DNA from: Setoptus koraiensis | Taxonomy: Eukaryota; Animalia; Arthropoda | Reading direction: 5' to 3' | Assembly (NCBI GenBank): GCA_048013815.1 | Contig: CM106586.1 | Span: 23,808,001-23,872,000, forward strand | DNA length: 64,000 nucleotides | Shown: positions 36,725 through 47,678 of the stretch, piece after piece | How the letters are laid out: each line of letters opens with the position of its first letter | Numbering within the stretch: the first letter of the stretch is position 1 | Program-made: the position numbers and the translations under genes | The notes under the pieces: model-generated | The model's database searches: none | Told to the model about the DNA's origin: nothing | The model's input: the letters and a program-made list of their open reading frames with translations, nothing else

Positions 36725-39430
36725 CAATCAGTTGCTACAATGAGTTGTTATCAATAAAAGTCGAAAGTTGAATCGCAATGATGCGCACTGTTTTGGTGCT
36801 ACTTTGGTGCATTTCGCGCACTTTGGCTGCGCTTTGTCAATGCGACGACGGGCAACAGCACTGCATTATGCAGCGTTATTGCTCGTTAACGTACGTTTTT
36901 GCTGTTTGTTTATGCGATAATGGGAGCCGGCCGCACACCAACGGTCGCAAACGCGCTGCTTGGCTTGTTGTTGGTGCCACTATATGGCCGTGTTGGGATG
37001 TGGCCCGCGCCGGCTTATTGCGTCGCAACATTGCGATTTATAATGGCCAATTTATAGTGGCAAATTCATAGTGCGCGCGAGGTCGTGAGGAGCTGACACA
37101 AATGTCAGCGGGCTGGCAAAACTGGTGACAGAAGGAGCAAGTTTTTTTAAATAATGCCAAAGCCGGACCATTGACAACAACAACAACAACGGCATGGTAA
37201 ATACCTCGTGTGTACGAGCACTGGCATTGGCCAGTTCACATGACCACACGACACAAATAATCATTAGTGGTGGCATATTGCTCAATGAGATGAGGCGCCG
37301 CACCGTTGGCCGCACTGTCGGCCAGCGAGCAACAGAGTTGAGCCAGTCGTGGCAGAAAGAGAGAGCGAGAGCGAGATAACTGAGCGAGAAAATAACTGGA
37401 TCAATAACTGGATAGCATGTAGTGATGGCGATGATCAATGAATATTATCAATAAGTAATAAATTTCTATTTTTTCTCTGGCTCTCGCTCGCTCTCTCTCA
37501 CTCTCTCGTGTGCTCATGGACGCAGCCAGTGACAACACACAACAACAAGAGCAATAATTGAATAACAGAACAGATATAATAATAAATCATCGTCTTTTCG
37601 ATTGACTCCGCACACTGGCGACTGCATTCATTCGAGTGACAGCCGTTTGAATTCTCGCACTACTCCGGCTAACTCATTCATCAGTTGTGTGATCTGATTT
37701 AGTCCACTCTCTGTTATATATATAAATATAACTGGTGAATATTTATTGATTGTTAATGATGATTCTCCATTACTGCCATTCGCTCATATTGCCGCTCGTT
37801 GTGTGATATTTGTTGTTGTTTGCCGCTGGCTGCTATTTGCTGGTATTTAGTGCACCAACATTGAACAGTTATACCACTAATAATATTATTATCCGGCCCA
37901 CCGCCAGTGTCCCGCCATTTCCGGTGCTCGTGGGGCCCACCACTCACCTAGCGCACCTTTGTGAGGCGCCTATCCGCCTGCTGAGGCGCCCTCGGCCCGC
38001 CGGGGCACCTTCGGCCTGCTGGGGCACCTTTTGGGCCGGGTGATGGACAGCGCGCACAGTGAACTTTACTTTTGTTGTTGAGTCTTTGCAGACAAATTAT
38101 TATATATAGGCGCATGATAATTATTATAGAGCGGGGTTATTTTTCTTTTAGCACAGATTTACTTAGCGTGTGCGTGTGTGTGTGTTTTATCGCGGCGGGT
38201 GCCACCCACCGGGGCGCAGGAATGCCCCCGAACGGTCACAGCATAATCTTTTCTCGCTCTTTCCCTCTGCCGGGCGCTTCTCTCGCCAGTTCTCGCACTG
38301 CTCGCGGCACAAATCGGGCCGCTCGAACGGACAAGTTATTGTTGTTGATCAACGTTTTTCAACTTGGCCCGAGCTCAAGCAACAACAAACGAATGCGGCG
38401 TGTGTGCGCCCTCAATTGTGCGCCACCAACATCTGGCAATCACACGATCTGGCGATTTGCCGCTGGAGAAATTGCATTGCATGGCGTTGGCCGATTTTGG
38501 CGATTATTTTACTGGCATTTGCATTCGCAAAATAACTGCCAAAATCAGCCAAAACTGCACACAGTTGACGCAACTATTGAACCGTTTCATCTGGCTGCCA
38601 CCAAGGGGCCGCTTTCCGTGACACCAACAACTGCGTCACTTGTGCAGCGCGCTAGCTTGCCAGCAAGCGAGCATCAACGCGATGAGAGCCAGCGAGAGAG
38701 AGAGATGATATAATTACTATATGTTACAGCTGTTACACACACATATATATATATGCAGTCAAATTCAGGCCGTGGCGCGGGCGGCCGGCGGTCAGCGAAA
38801 TGTGGCCACGTGCTGGCCTGCCTGTGGCCGGGAGGTGTGGACATTGGTGCACGCATCGCTGCTGGCGACTTGGCCCCACTCGGCCCCCTGCATCCAATTG
38901 CGCAACAACTCTATCGCTAATGGTACTCAGTCGGCTATTCATACTAAAGCATACTCAAGGCGTGCGCGCGCCCCCTTTCTCTGGCGATGCCCAACTGATG
39001 ATTATGGTCTGAGAGCGACAGCGACAAAAGTGGCAGCGCCACTGGTCACTTCCGTCGCCGGTGCCCACCCACGACAGTTGACAATTCATCAAGTGCCGCT
39101 CATTGTATATATGTTGTATATATATGCGAACAGCTGATGCAATTTTGCAGATAAATAGTTAATAGGAATTCTTTTTTTTTCTTTTTCGCTTGTCCGCTCA
39201 TCATGTGGATATTCATATTGAATATGAATACGAATATCCAGTATGAATATCCGGTATGAATATCTACATGATGGGCCGGATGGCCAAATTGGTGCTTCTG
39301 ATGGGCTCGCATCGCGCATTTATTGCAACACAGTCCAATATTAGCGCTTCAATGGGAGACGCGATGCAGATTCGCGCATCATTGCTGCAAATTCGCTCCG
39401 TTGCGAGCAGCGCGCGTTCAGCCTCTAAGG

Positions 39431-39455
39431 CGAAATTTTCGAGTCGAAAATTTCG
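39431..39455. other. Perfect palindrome, 12 bp arms and 1 nt spacer
   Basis: CGAAATTTTCGA-G-TCGAAAATTTCG. Confidence 0.95.
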
Positions 39456-39584
39456 ACTGTCACACACAGTGGATTGTCACCTCTTGCGTGTGCTGATTGC
39501 GCCCTATATCGGGCCCCCTCTCTCTATATGCGACTGTGCGTCTATATGCGACGAGACGCGCTCGTTCACGCATGTGAGTGGCTT

Positions 39585-39594
39585 TGATTGACAG
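39585..39594 (+). promoter_or_regulatory. TGATTGACAG Pbx/Exd-Meis/Hth decamer site
   Basis: Exact match. Binding is inferred. Confidence 0.5.
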
Positions 39595-40078
39595 CCTGTG
39601 TGCACAGCACTAAATGCAATTTAAATCGTTTCTCGCCGGCTCGAGCCTGTTCGAACCGGGCGACGTCGGGCCAAACTCGAGCGTCGGGCCGCTCGCAATC
39701 GATTCGAATCGCTCATCCTGCTCATCCAGCCAGCACAGTGTGTGTGTGTGTGTCAACATGTCGCGCTGCATGGAAATTGCATCGTGCGCGCGTTCCAATT
39801 CGAATTCGAACGCGGCTCCGATGCGGCGTTCGAACTGGGTGCACTGTTGGCTGTGTGTGCGCGGCCATTGACGGTTCCAACTGCGCTGAGTGCGTTCGAC
39901 GTTTTCGCTCCGGCCCGTGCACACACACTGACTGGCTGCTAGCGAGCGGCGCTAGTGACTGGCGGCGGAATCGCGAATATCCGAACATCGGAACATGCGA
40001 ATATCCGAGCGTCGAGAGTGCACGAGCAGAGCGCTCTCGAGCGGCGGCGGCAAACAGACGACACGTACACGCACACAC

Positions 40079-40083
<5 letters not shown>

Positions 40084-40138
<55 letters not shown>
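40084..40138 (+). repeat. (CA)~27 microsatellite
   Basis: Read directly from the sequence. Confidence 0.95.
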
Positions 40139-40140
<2 letters not shown>

Positions 40141-40746
40141 TCAACATGAAGAGGCAACGGGGAGAGCGACAGTGGGAGAGGAGGTTGCATTCACGGCGCG
40201 CCGCGCGCGGAGTCTCTCTGCTCTTTCTGACACTTTGTTGGCAAGTGGAAGATAATTAATGATCTTTCGCTCTAGTCCCATTCTAAACACTTATTTCCAC
40301 CTCTCTAGCCGGCGCACACTGGCGCTGGCACAATCGCCGTATCGGGCCGTATGTGCCCGCGTTGAGCCGCAGCCAGCGTGTTTGCGCCCGCGACGGCCGC
40401 TGATCTGGTTTGGTCGCCGCGCTATGCTCCGCTCCGGTCGGCCCCGTTCGGCTTCGTTCGGCTCCGTTCGGCTGGTCGCGGCGCTCGGCTGCGGCGCTGG
40501 CTCGGGCCGGCGCGGTCCCCAGTTCGGCTGCGGCAATTGGCGCTGGGCTCGGCTCGCAGCGGCTCAGCATCTAGTCGGCGTCGAGTTGTTATATAGTCTC
40601 ACTATGTACAACGGCCAATATATCCATGCGAGTGGCTGCATCTGCCGCAGCCATTGTGTGCCATCTGCAATGCCCGTGTGCCAGTCGGGCCGTGTCGTGC
40701 CAGCGCTTTCGTTATACTTGCCATTAAGCAATATTTCCAGGGCGAG

Positions 40747-40832
40747 CACTGCCTTCGAGCACTGCCTTCGAACACTGCCTTCGAACGTTCGAATATTGCC
40801 TGCGAGTATTGCCTGCGAATATCGCCTGCGAA
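40747..40832 (+). repeat. 6 x 13 bp tandem repeat (CACTGCCTTCGAA grading into TATTGCCTGCGAA)
   Basis: Three units, an 8 nt interruption, then three units. Confidence 0.9.
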
Positions 40833-43645
40833 CGTTGGCCCGTTGCAACCGCGCCGGAATCCGATTCGAAAGCCGATTCGCGTCCGTCCGACACACGTGA
40901 GGCGCACCAGCGACTCCTCCTACGGCGGCGCCATCTAGCCATCGAGCGCCGCCGGTTGGTGCGGTCCGTCGGTGCAGTGTGGGCCAGCGCTCACAAGTTG
41001 CGAGTCGGCCGTGGTTGCGAGAGCCGCCAACATCGGCGTTGCCCAAAACAAAACAGCAACGCCAACAACCAAACGACCGCCGCCAAACAACTGCAACAAG
41101 CAAACTGCGACGACCAGACCGAAGAGCGAAAATTTGAATTTGAATTTGAATAATCCGATAGGTGGTAACAGCGACGTATGCGCGCGTATGCGTGTCCGCT
41201 CGACACCGACAACAACAACGGCAACAACAACGACAGCACCAACAGCAACAACAACGACAACAACAATGCAAATGCAAATTGCCCATGCCACATCGGAGCG
41301 CACCGCGGCCACGCCAACGTGCCCGACATGCGGGCCTAAGCGACCGAGCCAGTGATACACTTTGGTGGCGACAGGTGTGCCCGCGATAGGCCGCACCGCG
41401 CCAAATATCAAGGCCACAAGTGGAGGCACGGCAAACTGTCCCCAAAAGTGATTTATATTTTTATAGGCCCGCCGGCGGTGGCCGTTTTGGCCCGCTCTGG
41501 CCCGTAGTGCCGTGTTTCGGCCCATTTTGTCATTGTGCCACCGTCACAGGCGATGTTGTGCCACTTTGCCGCTGTCGCAAGCCAACTTTGTTGCAACTCG
41601 CAACAACGGCTCGCAAAGCCAGTAAAGAGTTTGAGAGATAAATGTAAATGGTCACAATTGACTTGTTACGAGCAGGAAATTGAATCATCGTGCGCGTCGC
41701 GGCGCGTATGTCGCCGCTCGCTTACATAATGTCACATAATGTCACACAATAAATCTTGGCTACTGGCGCCATCGCTGTTATACATGGGCCAAGATTTAAA
41801 GCAAAAGTAACTGGAGTGAGTGGCGACAAATCATGGCCGCCAAGCGGGCCCATTTGGCACACAACAAACTGGCGCTGTCCTGGCCGAAAGGCGCACTTAT
41901 TGGGCAGGCGGGCCCATTTAGCGAAATCGCTCCCTTCGGCTCCCGTCGGCTCTTGTCGGCGCTCCTCGGCGCTGCCCGGCTCCCGTCGGCTTTCCACGGC
42001 TTTAGTTGGGGACACTGATTTGCGCCAGCTGATAATTCTTGCCAGCCAGCGACAGTTTCCAGTTTAAATCATTATGATGCAAGCGAGCGAAAAGCGCCAC
42101 TGACACCCACAACTCGTTATGGCATTGTTGTGCCTGTCGCAAGCGACACCGGCAACGGCCACTGCAGAGGCGGCCCCCAAAAGAGGCGAACAGAAGAAGA
42201 AAAGGTTGGCCCGAGAATGCAACAATTCATTGGCCAGAGACGGGGCACACAGAGCGGGCGAGGGGGCGAGAAGGAGCACGGCAAGTAGAGGGCCGACACA
42301 GATGACAAGATGATATATTCGAATCGATTTATCTCTTATCTTTATACACGCGCTCTCTTTGTATCGCTGGTGTTGTTGTGTCGCTGTTGTTGTTGTTGTG
42401 TCGTTGTTGTTGTCGGTGTGTCGCTCGTTTGTTCTCCGTTGTCGCTCTCTCAAGTCAAGAGAGCAACAACAGCAACAACAACAGCAGCGGCAGCAGCAGC
42501 AGATAAACAGAGTGCAGATAAATAGACGAATGGAATTGATAGATGCGCTTTGATTATGTAACACAGTGTCGCCGTTGTTGTTGTTGTTGCTGCTGTTGCG
42601 CAGGCCAGCAGTGGTGCGGTATGGCAACATAAATCGCGACTTAATCGCGCGCCAAAGCTATATATACTGCAATTGTGATAAACTATGGTGCTGACAAGGA
42701 TGGCGTTGCAACAAAAACACTTTGTTTGCAACCAAAACACAACACACACGCACACGCACGCACTCGCTGGCTATGTCGTGGTGGCGACCGAGACACGACA
42801 CACGCACACGTACACGCACGCCGACAGCAGCGGAACAGGCATAGGTCAAACGCAGCTGGCTCGCTTCAATTAGTGCAGCACGCGCTGCACTGACAAACTG
42901 TGCCAATCGGGCACAGTTTCTGCAAAGTCTCTCTCTCTCTCTCTGTGTGACAGCGACTGTCCTCTGGCTTTGACATTGTCAAATTGACACTGGGCAAGGC
43001 GGCACGGCACGGCGCAACCGGCCAGCAAGCCGGCACAGGCGCGCACAGTTTTGCGCTGGTGATTATGTGAGATAATGATAATGAATAAATGCGTTGCGTG
43101 CGCAAGACACTAGATACAGGCGGCCAACAAACGGCCAGCGAATAGATGGAGTAGAAACGGGCGAGTGATTGATGCCCGGCGATGCCAAGTGCCGGCCATT
43201 GTGTGTCACATGGCCGGCGCAACTACACAGATTATGCTATATGTCAACATAGAGCATTTGTTATCTCTGACATACGCTTAACTGTGTGTGTCCGTATCTG
43301 TGATGCAACACTGCCGTTGTTGTGTAACATCCGTAACAACGGCAACAACAACAGCAACAGCAGCGACAACGACGGCGACAACGACACGGCACAGCCACCC
43401 ACTACTGCAGTGTTAATGGTGGCGCTGCGAGGGACGCGCAACTGCAACGACCGGACACGGGACAAGCGGCGAGCGGCGAGCGGGCCAGAGGGCGGCCGAT
43501 ATAAAATAGTAATTTATTGCCATTGGTCAAGCTGTCTATATGTCCATAAACTAGTTGACCGCTGGTAATAACTAACTGTAACTGTCACTGTTGTGGCCGC
43601 TGGCGCTGTTGTGTTATTACGGCATTAACATTGAAACTATTTTAT

Positions 43646-43671
43646 CAACTCGACCGCTGGCGGTCGAGTTG
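43646..43671. other. Perfect palindrome, 12 bp arms and 2 nt spacer
   Basis: CAACTCGACCGC-TG-GCGGTCGAGTTG. Confidence 0.95.
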
Positions 43672-44443
43672 TAAATGGGCGCCGTCATCATGGCGATGGC
43701 ACGGTTGTTGTTGTTGTTGCGGTATGGCACACAAAGCGGTTGGTGGCACAACGCGCCGGCGCCCATCGCTGCGGCCGGGGTGATTTATTTACATCGGATT
43801 GACTCCATCTAAACATTGATTTGTTGCGGCCTAATGGCCGATGGGCACTTTTGCCACACTTGCACATAATCTAGCAATAAATATCTCTCGTGTGTGTGTG
43901 TGGCGATAATTTATTTATTCTGTCGACGCTCGCAGTTGTTGTTATTGTTTTTTAATCTTGATTGTTCTAATTGATTGCGGTTGATTGATGCCGGCGCTGA
44001 TTATTTTCAGCAATTGACATTTCTGCTGCTTGCACTGACATCATTATCATTTGCATGCGACTTTTCCACCGGCCAATTGCTTAATTATGCCTGGCCGGCC
44101 ATTGGTGTTAATTGACCGGTGACCGTCGACCGGTGCGCCGACAGCCACGACACAATTAGACAGCGTGGCTGCGTTCGTTTGGCAGCTCGGATATTGAGAC
44201 AACAGTGTCAATTGACACCTTGGGCTATCGCGTCGCACCGCCGCCAACAACAACAATAAAAGGCTAGATTGTGCACGGCGATAACGCTGAAGGGATTAAC
44301 CCATCGATCATTGGCCGAGCGCCTATTCGGGCGTCCAATTGAGCCCGTGGCTGCGCCACGTCCACTGCATTATATCCAGCGCGTATATCCACTGCATTAT
44401 ATGCACTACATTATATCCACAACAGTAGAGCGGTATAGAGCGC

Positions 44444-44568
44444 GTGAATCGGTCCGTGAGTGAATCGGTCCGCGAGTGAATCGGTCCGCGAGTGAATCGG
44501 TCCATGAATGAATCGGCAATTGGCAATCGGCAATGAGCAATCGGCAATGGGCAATCGGCAATGGGCAA
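44444..44568 (+). repeat. 4 x 16 bp (GTGAATCGGTCCGCGA) followed by 8 x 7 bp (TCGGCAA/TGGGCAA)
   Basis: Read directly from the sequence. Confidence 0.9.
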
Positions 44569-44607
44569 TATAGGACAGATGGATCGCTTGCACGCGATTA
44601 GCCACTT

Positions 44608-44676
44608 TGATTGACAGCTGACTGACAGCCACTCCATCCTATATTGGCCGCTGGGCGTGCAATCAGCTGTCAATCA
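44608..44676. promoter_or_regulatory. Inverted pair of TGATTGACAGCTGA elements (two Exd/Hth decamers), candidate Dfd 3' enhancer
   Basis: 44608-44621 and 44663-44676 are exact reverse complements; an extra TGACAG lies between them. Confidence 0.55.
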
Positions 44677-45374
44677 GCGCACGTCACTGCTACCGTGCGT
44701 TTATAGGCCCGCACGCACTCTTTGCACACGTACATGCAGTGCGTATTGGCAACTGTCGAACTAGCCCGTGTGTTAGATAAGAGAAAAAGTTCGACGCTCA
44801 CTGATTGGCTGCTTAACAGCATAGACGGCCGTTGCAGCACTCACGAGAGTGCGTGTGTTTGCGCAAAAGGGTGCGTTGCGTGCCGCTGCCGACCAGCACT
44901 GGAAAGCGCGTTAATTTGTGCAATTTGTGCATTTATATGCGTGTACAAATATGCGTGTATATGTATGCGTGAGGCAAAATGTTATCTGGTGCGCGCGCGT
45001 CGCCACGGCGAGATGGCCGCAGCTTGATTGATCTAGATGTGTCTAGACGAGATGTGTCCGTAGCAATGTTTGCGCCGGCCCGACATGTCGCGGCGCGGAC
45101 GAGAGAGCGGACGAGCGAGCGAACGGCGACCGGCTCAATATAGGGCACTACGAGCACAGCGTTGCTGTTTTGCATTGGCTTCGGCTTCAGACTCGGCTTC
45201 AGATTCGGCTGCTCCAGTTGGCGCAGTTGGCCAGATGCATTCTGCTGGCGATGAAAAGAAGGAAAAGGGAGGAGAAGAAGCGCACAAAATAAGAAACAAG
45301 AGCAGTGGATATAAAACAAGTGCAAGTATAAAAGAAAGGCGCACACATCGCATGATTGTTGGCGTTGTTGCCGT

Positions 45375-45406
<32 letters not shown>

Positions 45407-45644
45407 TTCGCGACGCTGTGTCCTCTAATTCCGAGCTGCCTTATTCACGTCCCGAGTGCGCACATAATTCGACGTTCGACGTTCCTTCGATGATCAACTC
45501 GGCAGGCCGGTCAGCGCATGCAGCATCCAGCTCTAAGCGACAGGGCGGATTCTCGCTATTGATGCGCGTTGCGAGCTGCCAGCTTGCGATACACGCTACA
45601 CAGCGACGGACGCGCCAGCGACAGAGCGGCCGACGGGCCGGCGA

Positions 45645-45741
45645 GAGAGCGACCGACGAGCCAGAGAGCGACCGACGAGCCAGAGAGCGACCGACGAGCC
45701 AGAGAGCGACCGACGAGCCAGAGAGAGCGACAGACGAGCCA
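45645..45741 (+). repeat. 5 x 19 bp tandem repeat (GAGAGCGACCGACGAGCCA)
   Basis: Four exact units and one variant unit. Confidence 0.92.
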
Positions 45742-46318
45742 GCGAGAGCGAGAAAGAGAGCGAGAGGTTGTGAGAAGAATTCGACAACACGAACAACAGC
45801 GACAGCGCCAACAACGACAACAACGGCAACAACGGCAACAACAACAACAACAACTGCACCAACCAGAATCATTAATCATGTGCGTGCGCAAGTCTATGAC
45901 AGGACTAGGTTTTGTTGTAGCCGTTGTTGCTGGTGATGCCGGCGCTGGCGCTTCTTCCATGGCTGGCCCTGTCGCTGTGTGTGTGTCTCTGTTGTGTCGG
46001 GCATGAAGCTGGCCGGCGCGTCTGGCCTGTGCCGGGCTCGCTATCGGCTTCGACATCGGCGCTGGTGTTCGGCTTCGGCGCTTCCAATTCGCCACTACAA
46101 GTTGGCCAACTGCAACGACGAGCGCTGCAACGACGAGCGCTGCAACGCCGACAGCCGCCACCAGAGCACTGGACGAGTGCACAGCGGCGAGAAGACGCCC
46201 GAGCGGCCGCATCCAACGGCGACCGGCGAACCCGACCGGCAGCGCATAGAAGCGCACAGAAGCGCATAGATCGGCCGAGAGGACAGCTGAGAGCAATGTG
46301 TCAAAATGCAGATACACA

Positions 46319-47267
46319 CAGCGAATTCCAATCAGCGACCAGCGCCGGCGCTGGCCGCCGAATTGTCAATAATTGGCCAGCGCTAATCAATACCATGACA
46401 CTCATATTGGCCGCACTATGCACTATGACCGCCACAATAAAATATTGTTGTTGTGCCGTGCGGGCATTGTAGCCAATTTTGCGCCGTCGCTCGATTGTGT
46501 CGCCGTTCGGTTGTGTCGCCGTTCGGTTGTGTCGCCGATCGGCCGTCCATTCACTCGCTATATTGTGGCCGCTGCTGCCGGCCACAATATAACGGTCACT
46601 GCTAATCAATATTTGCCTTTGTTTTAGCTGTGCTTGCTTTGGCGTTGACATGCATCACTGTCAGCGCCAAAGTCACTGGTCGGCGGCCAGTGGTCAGTGG
46701 TGGCTGGCCAGCGGACCGGCGGCACCGTGCCAGCCGGTGAACAAGACACGGCCAACGGTGACAGCGGCCAAGGGCGGCAAATGACAACAGTTGTGGCGGC
46801 GGCACGCAAATTAACGACGATCAAATCAAATCTACCCTCACAAGCCACACAATTGTCAGCCCAGCGAACGTGCCCAATCGGACAGGTAAGGCGGCGGCCG
46901 AAGCGTGCGCGTCCCGTCGGCGCGCTACGGCCAGACGACGAGCGAGACCCGATTGATCGATCACTCGATCCATCAAAATTTGTCCGCTGGCTGGCTGGTT
47001 GATTAGCGCCCGTCGCGCGAACGCAGCGCCGGCCGGTCGGCGGGCGCGTGTTGCTTTCGGTGGCAACACAAATCGTCACTGTCCGCCGATCGCCCAAATA
47101 CCCGCCGCCGAATGTGTGCCCAACGAGCGCACGTAAACAAACAGCAGCGGATATAAACAAGCCGCAAGCGAGCGCGCCAGAAATGGCCAAATTCGGGCTC
47201 AAATGAAGCTGTTGGTGGTCGCACCCAAGCCTCATCGGTCATCATTAGGCCACGTGAATTGTGACAG
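46319..47267 (-). repeat. Left arm of a long inverted repeat (3' of Dfd)
   Basis: Its reverse complement aligns with 55243-55982. Positions 46930-47077 are identical to 55419-55566 (148 bp). Confidence 0.95.
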
Positions 47268-47299
47268 CTCTGTGTGTTATTAATATTAATATTTGTGCG

Positions 47300-47305
47300 T
47301 TTATT
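47300..47305 (-). terminator. Candidate Dfd polyadenylation signal AATAAA
   Basis: First AATAAA I found on the - strand after the Dfd stop, ~370 nt downstream. Confidence 0.5.
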
Positions 47306-47310
47306 TATAG

Positions 47311-47347
<37 letters not shown>

Positions 47348-47567
47348 GGGTGCTGCTGCTACTGTCTCGACCCTGTCGCTGTCACTGCTGTCTCTACTGT
47401 CATAGTCAGCTGATAACCTTAACATTTGTATCAGCTGTGTGCATTTGGGGCCGACAACATTTGTGAGAAATGAGACACACAAACACGCAGACAATCAGCT
47501 GTGCTGTGATGTGAGACCAATATCAATATCAATACATAAAGTGTAAGTATCAGAGTGTTTACATGTG

Positions 47568-47598
<31 letters not shown>

Positions 47599-47678
47599 CG
47601 TTGTGAATATTATTAAATTTAATGTGATGACAATGACAATGACAATGATGACAATAATGACAATGATTACGATGATGA

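Noticed and set aside
24570-46300. Dozens of 60-290 aa ORFs in the GC-rich intergenic block
   Set aside because: They overlap in several frames on both strands, are made of repeat-derived runs (C, Q, T, V, R, A), often have non-ATG starts, and show no domain motifs. This is expected from stop-poor DNA.
46602-47494. ORFs shared by the two inverted-repeat arms (e.g. [17 protein letters not shown]...)
   Set aside because: A 13 bp indel and further indels shift the frames between copies, so no reading frame is conserved.
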